Source: Lama guanicoe (lineage: Eukaryota). From it: a stretch of DNA of 64,000 nt. This document shows positions 11,596-23,516 of this stretch, piece after piece. Each line of letters begins with the position of its first letter. Position 1 is the first letter of the stretch. A program made the position numbers and the translations under genes. The notes beneath the pieces were generated by a model that was not told the origin of the DNA, did not search any database, and was given only the letters and a program-made list of their open reading frames with translations. Location of the stretch: contig MU053216.1 in assembly GCA_013239625.1 (NCBI GenBank), positions 1,638,943 through 1,702,942 of the forward strand, written 5' to 3'.

Positions 11596-12825
11596 CACCT
11601 GTTTTTAATAGGAAAGTGATCTACGCGGACATTTGCCGTTACAAGATACACACAGCTAGACTTTTAGAGGGAAAACAGTGTTTCCAGTTCACCTACACGA
11701 AGCCTGCCAGTCAAAACGGTTTATTCACTAGTCTGGTCTCCAAAACAAGCACGAGAAGGAAATGTGCTTCCAGGAGCAAAGCCAAAGGCACGGAAACCAC
11801 ACACCAGCGTCGCACTAAGAACCACGTGGCCGCACGCTCTCTCCTCTTCCCCTGCTGCGCAGCGCCGTGGAACACGGCAAGCCAACACGCGGCGGAAGAG
11901 AATGCACGGTCCGCTGTTAACGCTCAGAAGGCGTCAATTAAGATAGATGCTCCTTGCGCACAGCAGACGGCCTCAGAACACACTTCACGTTCTGTGCGTC
12001 GGTCAAGCCGCGGCATCTGAAGAGTGTGCTGTGAACACCCAGATCTGCTCCCACCCTCCCGCCTGCTGTGAAGGCGCGGACTGGACGGCTGCTCCCACCT
12101 GGCACTGGGAGCGACGTTTTTCTGATTCCCAGGACTGCTCCATCCTTTGATTAGGGAGTTCTTTGGGGATTTGGTGCTATAGCAAATAAAGATGAATTTG
12201 ACTCCAACACACTGCATAGATGCAAAATTATTAGTGACCCCTTGAAGCCAACACGGAGCGAAATTACACATGGCAGTCACTCAGCAAACATTTGTTGAAT
12301 GAACGAATGAAGATTGAAGGAGTGGTCTTTTAAAATCTTTGAGATCCAGTGGCTGCGTCCTCTTATCTGAGAGTTTGAGGCCGGAGGGAGGGAAGGGGAG
12401 GGGAGAGTCCACGAAGTTAAATACAAGAAGCCAAATCTGTACCTGCTTTGGAGCCCTGGCCTGGTCTTCAGACGGACACGGGACGTCACTTGACACATCT
12501 CTCGGCACACTGCTGGGCGTCAGACAGTTCTCCTCCCTGTGGATTTTTAAAGTAGAGTTTGGGTTGTTGAGTTGGGTCTGAAGCCACACCAGTTCAACAG
12601 CACTTCACTGAGAATCTGCTCTCAGCATCTGCGATCGCACATTCCACCAGCCTGCATATGAGATTCGGGAAGAACGTGGGCAGGGGCGCGGCCCCCGCGT
12701 CAGCCTCCGGTTATGGATGGGACACTGACACCAGCGCTGCTGACGGACGTCAGTGGCCATACTTGGACTTGGATGGCTGTTTTGGCTTTAGATGAGACTC
12801 AAAGCAAGTTAAGAATCAATTTTCA

Positions 12826-12943
12826 AAATGAAAAAGGCTACGTACGAAAAGGAGTCTATGTCTGCACATGGATGACTGAACCATGACACTGTGCCCAGAA
12901 ACAGACGGATTGTAAACTGACTATACTTCAATTAGAAAAAAAA
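12826..12943 (+). mobile_element. Short L1 3' terminal fragment
   Basis: ATTGTAAACTGACTATACTTCAATTAGAAAAAAA terminus; flanked by AATCAATTTTCA / AATCAATTGTCA (TSD-like). Confidence 0.8.
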
Positions 12944-15900
12944 TAATCAATTGTCACCAAGGATGTTTGACTAGAACCTGCGTGTGCACGTGTGCATGTG
13001 CAGCTATGGCCACGTGACGACAGGGGCGCGGGGACAGCATGAGACTCGGAACCCGCTCTACCTAAGATCGCGGCTTTCGCTGCCCAGGCCGGAAAAAAGG
13101 GATCTCGGATAAGTTTAATTAAGCTTCCTCGTCTCTGGCAGCTTCAGAAAAGCCCGAGTGGGGTGGGGATGGGAAGGCCTGAGAAGCCTGGGGTCTCAGG
13201 TTTCCCTGCGAGCGTAAATGACCCCCAGTCCTGCAGCTTCTCAACTTGATGTGTGTAATTGATCGCCAAACATGATCTCCAGGCTGCTAAACGGTGAGGC
13301 CCCAAGGAAAGGGATATACTGTTGATTAAAGTGATTTTTGTACGAAAGGGTCAGAGACATTAACAAGTTGAAAGAAAGCGTGAGCTCTGTTCTTACTCTT
13401 CTAACCTTTGTTCGGGTTTTTTCCCATAATTGACACCACATGTTTACCACGCCTGTTTCGGTCAGACTGGAGGCTGTACCGTGCGTGTCAGAAGCGCTCC
13501 GGGACGCGGGTGCTCCGAGAGCGCGGGGAGGCGGCCGCACGCGTTACTGCAGCGCGGGGAGGGAGAAAGATTTAAACAAACCCGTCCAGCGCGCCGTGTG
13601 TTAAACTGTGTGGCTCACGACGGCAGACTAAAGGAACAGCACCTCTGTGAGGGATTCAAGCGGACACGTAAATGATAATTACCGGGTAATTTTGTTTTGG
13701 TTGTAATTTGTGGTGTTATTTTTACAACTGACATGAGACATAACGTATTTTCAGGGCTCTGCAAGAGCTAAGCAGCAAATGAAAGCTGTCAGGGAGTATT
13801 TGGAGGCGCAGTTACTGAAGAAGGCTGTGAGGTCGCCGAAACGCCGCCCAGGCTGCGTTTTTAGCCCGCACATCCGCAGAATACTTTCCTGAACACGTAA
13901 CAGCTGAGGACACGTGCCGTCCAGCAAGCCGTCTGCCAAGGCGCTAACGAGCCTCTGATGTTCATGAATGCAAAACCCACAAGGTGCCTTTCAGAATCTT
14001 GCAACATGTCCTGTGTTGCTGTGTAAACATCACCGGGCACTGGATGCTGGGGTGCTGGTCACCTCACCTCCTGATCCCTGGACCCGCCCCTCTCCTTTCC
14101 TCGCTTGGCATCTCTCCCCATCTCTCCAAGGACACTGCAGGGTCTTTAGCTCTTGGTCCTCAACTGGCAGCCCTCAGATCTGCTGAATTTACTGACCTCT
14201 GCCTGAGCCATGAACTGAGACCGACGAGCAGACCACCCAAACTCCCTGCACTACCAGATGGCAGCCACACCTCGCCCTTCCAGCGCGGCGTAATTTCGTG
14301 GAATTGACCTCTCTGCTCACATGGCTCTGATTATTTGCTGACTTGTAATTTTAGTTATTTGCGTGCAAGTCTGCTCTTCCTCGCCCAACTGTAAGCCCCG
14401 GACCATGGGAGCGACGCTCGGTGCTTTCTGTGTGTTGTTCCCCGAGCTTAGCCTGGTCCTCTGCACAGTGTGGAAACTCAGTGGAGACACGGGGTGTCCT
14501 AAATATAATTGTGGACGCCCAGATTGGCCACGTCCCTGGCTGAATCTGCAGCTATTCAAAGTATGTTTCCAGAATCTTATTCCTAGAGATAGGAAATCAA
14601 GGAGGGGGCAGATGTTTTAAAATTTCCACAGTATCTTGTTTCCAGAGATTTGAAATCAAGATGTTCTATCTTCTTCCACGGAGCAGGAAACAGCTCTCGC
14701 GCCCTGCGGTGGCAGCACAAGGCTGGAGGAGTTATAATGATCCCTGGACTCGGAGCTACTGATAACACATTTTATTAACTGGCTGGAGAGCAGAGTAAAA
14801 CTTGTGGGGGAGAGCAGCATGTCCTGAGCAAGTCTAACTTCCCGGCACAGAAACTATACTTTTATTTGAGGAATGGCTTTACTGGGGGAAGTTCAACCAA
14901 TCATTTAATTTCTTTTTTCCCTTAAATTATAACAAAAGGATAGCTCACAACCTCAAGCGCTCAAATACACTTAACGCTGTAACAGCAGACCTACCTGCGC
15001 TGCGCTCCGTTTGCTTAATGGCGACTCGGGGGAAGCACACAAGAAGGTAATTGACCTTGTTTCTTTACGAACGTTTCTAACTTTTCCAGTTTTTCTTGAC
15101 TGTATTTTTTTCCACCCATAGAGATTTAAAACAATAAAATCAGCCATCGAAAACAGGAAAAAAAAACCCCCAGCGCTTTCCCACTATTATCTTCCAGAAA
15201 AAGAATCCTTTCATTCCTAATTCCATTTTTCCTCCATTTCTCTTCAGCCCTTGATATTAAATTTTAACTGAGATGAGGTATTTTTCAAATCACAAGCTCA
15301 AGAGTGCAGATCAGGTATTTCTAATATGTTATAAGAGTGAAAATTCAACAAGACTGAAGTTGGAAACACGTTTGTGTCTTTTTTTCCGTGCCTAACTCAT
15401 GTCTATTCTCTATGAAATTGATGTCAAAAAAGTATTATATATTTTCAGCGGGAAATGGAAGGCTGCCCTCCACTATCCTTGTCAGGACGTCCTGTCCCTT
15501 TAATCATACTTTTCATTTCAGTACATTGAAATTTCCGTTACCAAGGACAACATCATAAATAAAAGTGTTTGTGAAGTTTTACCTGCAGCTCCCCCAACTT
15601 TGTGCATTAAGCATGAGACCAGCAGAGAGGTGGTCAAATGTGAAAATTTATAATCATTTATTACGTACGGCTGAAGCTAGGAGGGAATAAAAGCGTGAAG
15701 GCATACATCTATAAACGGAAGCCGAAAAGCTTAAATGAAAAGTAAAGTGAATTTCTGTGTCTTGTCATAAAGTAATGAGAAGCTAGAGCTTTTATTCATA
15801 GCGACCCAAGGTGCATTTACTCTCAATCTAGCTTCAGCAGTAAACGCTTCCCTGATGTATTGCCTGGGACTTACAAAGAAATATTTGTGCTCTACATAAT

Positions 15901-16423
15901 AGTATAGTTAGGAGAATTACTGCATGGTTGAGAAGGTTCTATAAAGCTTTATAGCTGGTGGTGTTACTGCGATTTAATCACAATGTAGCTAATGTAGTGC
16001 TTTAATATCACGGGGTACTTTTTTATTTACCATTTATTAGTAACTGACAGAGTCAATCATCTCCCCATCATAAACAAATCATGGAAGGCTTCCACGGGAA
16101 CCTGAGAATCCCGGAGCAGAGGCACGGCGGCAGCTTTACACTGCCACGTTTCCTGTAATGAGCTAACCTCCAGATTATTATTCAGATCTGTGAAATGCAA
16201 GTCTGTACCCTCGTTCTCAGCCCAGCGGCCAAAGGAAACTCGGGAGCATCTTGCGTCCTGAATACAGTTAGCACTGTGCGTCCTCTGTGCATGGAAATAA
16301 GCCATTGATCCAATTCGAGCAATGATAAGAAGTGATTTCTGAAGAGTCTTAAGGTATTTAGCGAGAGACTTTTTCTGGCTGCTCTGTAAATATTTTCACA
16401 AACATTACCATAATATTAAGCTT

Positions 16424-16595
16424 ATTTTTTAAATTGAAGTATAGCTGGTTTACACGATTGTGTTGGTTTCAGGTGTACAGCATAGTGATTCAGTATTTTT
16501 GTAGATTACACTCCATTGTAGGTTATCACAAGATATAATGGGTATAATTCCCTGTGCTGTAGAGTAGATCCTTGTTGCTCATCTATTTTACATAC
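16424..16595 (-). mobile_element. L1 3'-end fragment
   Basis: TTTTTTAAATTGAAGTATAG...ATTCCCTGTGCTGTAGAGTAGATCCTTGTTG is the reverse complement of the same L1 3' UTR type. Confidence 0.85.
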
Positions 16596-16662
16596 GCCCC
16601 TGGCAAGCTGAAACAGATGCTTTCTCATTAGAATTTTCTATAAAAAGGTTTTTTTTTTTGAA

Positions 16663-16803
16663 GGGGTTGGTGTAGCTCAGTGGCAGAGCACACACTGAGC
16701 GTGCACGAGGTCCTGGGTTCAATCTCCAGCACCTCCGTTTAAAAATAAATAAATAAACAAAAACATTAAAACCCTAATTACTTCCCCTCCCTCCCAAAAG
16801 AAC
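16663..16803 (+). mobile_element. tRNA-Ala-derived SINE (vic-1-like)
   Basis: A/B boxes, GCACGAGGTCCTGGGTTCAATCTCCAGCACCTCC, CCTAATTACTTCCCC tail; TAAAAAGG+T-run on both sides. Confidence 0.9.
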
Positions 16804-18263
16804 CTAAAAAGGGTTTTTCTTTTTTTTTACATTTGAAAACTAAAAGCAATTGCTCTTACACTTTCCGTTTATTACATACACTCCTCTTTCGATAGGCAGA
16901 TAGGCAGGTGGGACGACGGATGCCGACGGTCATCGTTAGTGCTAAGTAAATCAAGTCACGTTAACTGGCTGATGCAAGGAGTGTCAATCCAGACTAGTAC
17001 ACGGACGGTACCCAAGGTCCAGCCGAAGGGCCCACTCCTGTATTCTGTCGCAGTGATTCTCACTTACAATTCTGAAATTCTGCTCATGTTACAGTTACGT
17101 CTGTCACCGTTGAGTAGCCGTGACGTTTTTCAGAGCAAGAGCCGCTGTCTTCACCTTTGAGCCCCTTCAGGCTTTTGGGGCAAGGCCTGCATCAGGAGCC
17201 AACCAACCAGCCACTGAAGCTCATTCCGCTGCTTAAGGAAACCGTTGGATGCGGGGATGCGACAACATCAGGATTTTTAAATACTGGCAACTTCAAACAT
17301 AAGCACTAAGGCTATTCTAGGCATTATAAAACAGTGGTATATTGATCTCATTTTTTGATGAAATTAATTTCAAAATATCACCTGTCTACTATTTAAATGC
17401 AGTCTAACTGTATTTTGTTTTTCTCCCTTGTGGTTAATTTTAATTCTTCATTCTGTGCATTCATGGCATACTCTGTAGCGACAAGCAACACTACTTCCCA
17501 CGGTTTTTAGAAATGGGTACAAAAGGGACTCAAGAAAGTAGATGACGAGACAAATTCCAGGAGCCTAGGTGTCTGAGAATCGTGACAAACCCGAGGGGCC
17601 AGCCCTCCATCGAAACAGCACACTGTGAAGAGCACTGCCAGGCGGGGCCCCGTGGGGCTGGACGCAGATGGGATCAGAGGGGGACAGCGAGGCGGGTGAG
17701 GAACGCGTCCCACCTGCCCGGGCTCGCTGCGTCTGAGGCACACCCTCTCCGCTCCGGAACGTGCAACATTCTATCCCAGGATGAGCGAGCACAGAACTGA
17801 GCAAAATAGGACTGATAAAATGTGCCCAGAGCCTGCCTGCTCAAGGTAATTTTTAACCATTTTCTAAATACATTTAGCGTCCTGTTACTCCAAGATGTAG
17901 AAATAAACTTAAATATTTGTGTTAGTGATAAAAGAAAATCACAAGTTAGTGCAAAAAAACAACCTCGGGAAGTTCTGTGTCTTGCACCAGCTCTCAGGCA
18001 TACCCTTCAGCTCATGTGAATATCTGTGGTCACCCCTGTGCAAATAAAAAATTAACTTTTCAGTGTGTGTTTCATGTGAAGTGTCTATTTGTACCTCTTA
18101 AAATTAGAGACTAAGTTAATTTAGTTCAGTTTAACACAAGTTTTGAAAGTACTCTGCCAGTTGTTTTTACCAAGAGGATGTGTGTGTCTGCGTGCATGTT
18201 GTGTGTACAGGCATGTGGGCCAATGTTTTAGAGGATGTTGTGAAGTAAAAGATAAATAAGACT

Positions 18264-18394
18264 GAGGAAGGGTAGAGCTCAGTGGTAGAGCGCGTGCTTA
18301 GCATGCACGAGGTCCTGGGTTCAACCCCTGGCATCTCCACTTAAAAAACAAAAACAAAAACCCAACCTAATTACACCCCCCGCCCCGAAAAAAC
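18264..18394 (+). mobile_element. tRNA-Ala-derived SINE (vic-1-like)
   Basis: AGCTCAGTGGTAGAGCGCGTGCTTAGCATGCACGAGGTCCTGGGTTCAA is nearly tRNA-Ala(AGC), followed by an A-rich spacer and AACCTAATTACACCCCCC. Confidence 0.92.
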
Positions 18395-19379
18395 AGTGAG
18401 GATTCATGTAAAAGGTAGTTGTACCTACATTTCTTTGCATTTCTCTAAATAATACAGATTCTATTTGAGTGATTATGAGTGTAATGACTCTACATAATCA
18501 ACACACAGTGTTAGGATTGCTGATGTTTAATGACAAGATTTGATGCACAGCAATTACACCATTTAATGTGGTTATTTAGTTGCCTAGAGAAACATGCAAC
18601 CAAGTAAAAACAGGCCATCAAAACTTTACCTCAGGTAAATCGTATTCATTCACTCTGTTACTCACTGAACATCTGCTTCGTGCCAGGCACTGTGGGTGCA
18701 GCCAGCAACCGCTGTGGGCCTTAATCCTGGGAGAGGCAGACGCGACGCTGGACAGCTAACCACAAGTAAGGTCTTAAATACGGGGCGGGGCGTGCTTCAG
18801 CGGAGATGCACAGGAGGCTCGGGGGTGCACGATAGGGCCCCAGGTGGAAAGTTGGTGGATGGGGCATTTTGGAGATGGGGTCACAACGGAGACACCATCA
18901 ACTCATCACTGACCAGATCCAACCTCTCCTAAAGGAGTGAACATCTTCCTAAAGTAGAAGGAAGCAGCCGCTGGTGTGGATGGGTCCTCGGGACCCACTG
19001 TCCTCCCCAGTTGATGGGGGATCTCATTGCCAGTGGGGGTGGGGGGGGAACTAGTGGAAATTCACTCAGTAGGAAAAACACAAAGCAGAAGGTCACAACT
19101 GGTGTTTTCCCATGGACTTGAGTCCGCAGACTCCAACGCGCGGGGACTAGTTTAAAGGGGGCACTGGGCTCCCTCTGAGTGCTCTCAGATGAGGTCTCTG
19201 ATAGCAGAGGCAAAGCTGAGAAGACCTAGAAGAGGCAAAGGAAGTGAGAAAATGTAAGAGAGACTTAGGAAAATTTGGAAAAGAACTGAGAGGAGAAAGG
19301 GGAAGTATATGACGACACTTCTGGTTACTATGGGACACCTTATGGTTATTCAAATGAACGTGCTATGTCTTTTTGTGGT

Positions 19380-20740
19380 GAATATTCAACTGAGTGCCTT
19401 CAAAGCGCTAGGTGATAACGACACGTGCTAGGAACATAAGGGTGAACCAACCAGACGTTACTCCTGTTTTCATGGAGTTTGCAGCCTACATGTCGCAAAA
19501 TAAAACAAGGTATAGGAAGAAATGTGTAATTAAAATTGGATTCGGCTAGATTACATTGGACGAATGCTGTGAAGCAAAGGGATGCTCAGCCCTGTGAGAG
19601 GATGCTGCAGCGAACCCCACCTGGTCCAGCCCCAGGGCCCTAGGGAAGTGACACCTGGGCTGAAAGGTGAAACAGTTAAGGGTTCACTATTGGGGATGGG
19701 GCGCTCCAGGGAGAGGGAACCCATGTGCAGAGGCCCTGTGGCTGAGAAGAGCATGACGCACTGGGGACACTGAAAGACACTCAGTGTGGCTGCAGCTGAC
19801 AGCAGGCAGGAGCACAGGGAGGGAGGGCGGAGGGCACAGCGGGGTCAGGCTCCACAGGGCTTAGCAGACCAGGTTCAGCATTTGAGTATTTGCCCCAAGA
19901 ACAATGGGGGTATATTAAAGAACGATAAACAGTGAGTGATATGATCTGAATTTTGTAAAGACCGTTACTATTGCTTGAGAAGAACACACCAAGGAAGGGC
20001 TTGAATGGACTCAGGAAGACCAGCTGGATGCTACTGCAGTGGCCTAGTCGAGGGACTGTGGAAGTGTGAGCTAGAGCGGCGATGGTGGAGGTGATGATGG
20101 TGATGGTGGTCGCGTAGTGGTGGTGATGGTGCTAATGGTGGTGGTGATGGTGGTGGTGATGGTGGTAGTGATGATAGTGATGATGGTGGTGATGGTGATG
20201 AAGATGGTAGTGGTGGTGGTGATGATTGTGATGGTGATGATGACAGTGATGGTGATGGCAGGGAGATCATGGTGGTGGTGATGGTAGTGGTCACGGTGGA
20301 GGTGACGGTGTTGATGATGGTGGCAGTGGTGATGATGATGATAGTGTGGTGGTGATGGTGATGGTGGAGCAGGTGGAAAGAAGCAGACAGACTAGGCACA
20401 TAGTTAGGAGGTAAAGTTGTCAGGATTGGGACAAAGTTCCTGATTCCCAGAAGTGGGTGGAAGGTAGTGTATGTCCTGACAGAGGGAGACCTGAAAGAGG
20501 ACCAGCTGGATGTGCTTTGAGACAAGCACACAGAGATGTCCAGCAGGGAGCTTGGTGTCTGTGTCTGGAGCTCAGGTAAGTGATCAGGGTCAGAGGTAAA
20601 GATGTGACGGTCATCGGGCTGTGACAGCCTCAAGGGAGGTTTCAGGGTGAGTAAAGTGCAGTGTTTGGGACGAGTCTTGAGAAGTCCCAGCATTTAGCGC
20701 TTGGGGGAGGGAGAAGGAGGCTGAGAAGGAGCCGGAAAGA
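19380..20740 (-). mobile_element. Ancient L2 LINE relic interrupted by a microsatellite
   Basis: Typical reverse-L2 phrases (ATTCAACTGAGTGCCT...; CATGTGCAGAGGCCCTGTGGC; GAGATGTCCAGCAGGGAGCTTGG...TGGAGCTCAGG); boundaries approximate. Confidence 0.65.
20081..20367. repeat. Imperfect (GGT/GAT)n trinucleotide microsatellite, about 290 bp
   Basis: Directly visible GGTGATGGTGGTGGTGAT... array. Confidence 0.95.
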
Positions 20741-22789
20741 TAAAGTCTGGATTCCAACTCCAGCTTCCTGAATTCTGGCATCCCAGGATACTGCGCTATT
20801 TCTTTTTATGGAAAAAAAATGATCTCATTTTCTACAAACTCTGATCTGAGTCATTTATGTCTTGAGACAAATCTAGATGGTTACATACTGTTCTAAAATC
20901 TTTAATTGAACAAAGATGTGTTGATTTGCAAAGCATTTAGACCACTTCTCTCTCCTGTTCAAAATCCTTCCAAAGGTTAAAGTATTGCTATTTTAGCTCC
21001 CGTTTCCTGAGTTACAGTGAGGGTGATCACTGCTTCCTTTTCTTACATAACGAGGTAGATGGGAGCCCCCTAAAATTTAGGGTGGGGGGAAGAAGAGGGT
21101 GATGGGGGAGGAAAGTTTCTAGGCTCCTTCCCCAGCCTCAAAACCTCTCTTCCCTCTGCTGCAATCTTCGGGGGCCTGACCGTGGTTTACCAGTATTAAT
21201 TCTTAACATAGAAACAGTCATCTCACCCGGGGAGAAACCCACGGGGCAAGGACAGCTTGGGCTCTGGGCTTTTTGGATGGAAGGACATCTGAGGATGCAG
21301 AGGGGAAGGAGTGGTGACCATCTGTCCCCTCCTCTGAGCGTGTGAAGTGAACACCCAGGATGCTTTTGTGGGTTTGCTCTGGTACCGAAGGAAAGGAGGG
21401 GGCCTGGTGTCACTGAAGCCGAGGAAGATGTTTCAAGGAAAGGCCAAGTAAGACATGACCTCAAATGTGGCCACGAGCTTGAGGAGATCGCGTTCAGTGG
21501 GAGCTGCCTGGGGGAGAAGGGATGGAAGCAGTGCGAAAGTGAGCCGGGAGTGAGTGGGAGGTGAAGAAATAAACAAGAGGACAGATGACGCCACAAATTC
21601 AGCTGTAAAGGGGAAGAGAGGAAAGAAGGGCGGTCTAGGAAAGGCTTCCGATTTGGGGTTTTTGTTGAGATGAGAGAAGCGAGCATATTTAAACCTCTTT
21701 GGCAAGGATCCAGGGGAGAGTGTGAGGTGAAATGGTGGTGGTGGCGGTGGTGGCGGTGATGACTGCTGACTGAACAAGTGAGTGCCTCCCAGTACTTCTA
21801 GGCGTCCTACACCTGTCTCCCCATTTCAACAATAAATGCAGGGCAGGGTCTGTCTCCCCCGCACCGTCCACCTGTCACGCTGCCAGGCGTCCAGCAGGCA
21901 GGCGTGGGTACTTGCTGATGAGCACGTAGTGGCATAGTTGTCATCAGCGCTGAGTTTGCCTTTAACTAGTGCTGTCACTTTTCGTCCATTTTCTTTCCTT
22001 AATTTTGGCTCCCTTTTTTCCTCTCCGTATTTCGGTCAGTTTCCCTTCCCTTGCCTTTTCCTGTGTATTTTTGGTTAGTAGCCCTTTCACAGCTGTCTTT
22101 GCAAGTATATTTTGGGATTAGACCCTTCATGTTCTGCCGTCTGACTGTACTGGATGGACTGGGTAAGGCAGCCTCTTCTGCCGTGAAGACCCACGGCGTC
22201 AAGGGTTTGGTAACGCAGTCTGAGCGGCACCACATGACCCAGTATGACACTGAAATACTGACATGTCGTCCAGGATTTGTCAGCTGAGGTCCCTTCAGTG
22301 TGTGTGTGCGCGCGTGTGCATAAGTGTGCACATGTGCGCTCCATCCACACCCGGTCCCTACGGTCACGAGCTAGAAACACGATCCGCCTCTCCTCTGCGC
22401 TTTGCTGTCTCCCTCGCCCTGGTTAATAACGACACAGCCATCACATCTGTGGTTCCCCATGTCTCAGCTTCACTCGCTTGTTTAATCACCTGAAAAAGCA
22501 GTTCATTATGTTTTATACCCTACTGCCATGAGCATTATTTCTTAAATATGTTTTGGTTTAGCTCAACGAGGTTCATTGGTTTTTGCAAAATACAGTGACA
22601 ATTATGAGGTGTTTTGATGGGGAGAGTCCCAGCCTCAGAGTCAGTCTTGCCTGCACATCCAGACACGACTATGTTTTAGGTGGGCTCCACAGCCAGGCTT
22701 TGAGTTTGTCTGGCATCTCAGCCGACCGTCATCCCCGTCACAGTCACCACAACGCTGTCCTGAGGGCTGCCCGCTCCCTGACAGTATTT

Positions 22790-22905
22790 CCCTTACACTG
22801 TTCCTGGTCATCACTGCTATCGTGCAAGCTCCCATCCTCCTTACTCAGACGAGGAAACTGAGGCTCGGCAGGAGTGGACTACTTGCTTAAAGCCACTTAA
22901 CTAGT
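22790..22905 (-). mobile_element. MIR SINE core relic
   Basis: CAGACGAGGAAACTGAGGCTC...ACTTGCTTAAAGCCAC...CTAGTGG matches the MIR core. Confidence 0.7.
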
Positions 22906-23486
22906 GGCTCAATTTATAAAGAAGGGACCCTTCCTCAAGTTTCCAAAGAGGAACCCGTGTCCCGAGCAGGTGAAGGGAGGCGGGAGTGGGCGGGGATGTC
23001 TGGACCCAGCAGACAGCGGGGGAATTGATCCCCCGGCACACGACTTGCTCTCGTGGCTGCTGGGACCAGACTCCCACCAGGAATTCCTAACGCCACGGCT
23101 AAGGGAGGTCGGAAGCTGGGATACAATCGTGCCCCACTCCAGGGAAAAGTCACAGCTGGCACAATGCGTAGAGAGAAAACAGGCACGCGGGGGTGAGATT
23201 GAGAGGTTTAAGCGTGGTTCGTGTTAGGCAGACCACCTGGCACCTGCGCACGGTCACCAGGCGTGCCTGTTAAGCATGCAGGTTCCCGGACCTATTGCAG
23301 ACCTACTTTGGTGAATCCTGGACCGGAGGAGGCTGGGGCGTGCTGGGGGCCATGGACCACTACGATGGGGAACCCCTAACTGAGGTAAGAGCCAAGAGGC
23401 TGGGGCCATGGACACTAGGAAAGGAGATCGTAATAGGAAACACGGTAATTTAACGTGTCCAGCTCAGGCTTCAGAGTTCACTCTCA

Positions 23487-23516
23487 GCACTTGCTTCGTT
23501 AGCACACGTACTAAAA
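23487..23516 (+). pseudogene. Possible 3'-truncated U6 snRNA retrocopy (first 30 nt)
   Basis: GCACTTGCTTCGTTAGCACACGTACTAAAA versus U6 5' end GTGCTCGCTTCGGCAGCACATATACTAAAA: 23/30 identical, ungapped; short, so uncertain. Confidence 0.4.

Noticed and set aside
18264..18340. tRNA-Ala(AGC) gene
   Set aside because: Acceptor stem is broken, no oligo-T terminator, and it carries the SINE tail shared by a dozen other copies.
20031..20693. 220-aa His/Thr/Pro/Ser-rich ORF
   Set aside because: Translation of the GGT/GAT microsatellite and L2 relic.
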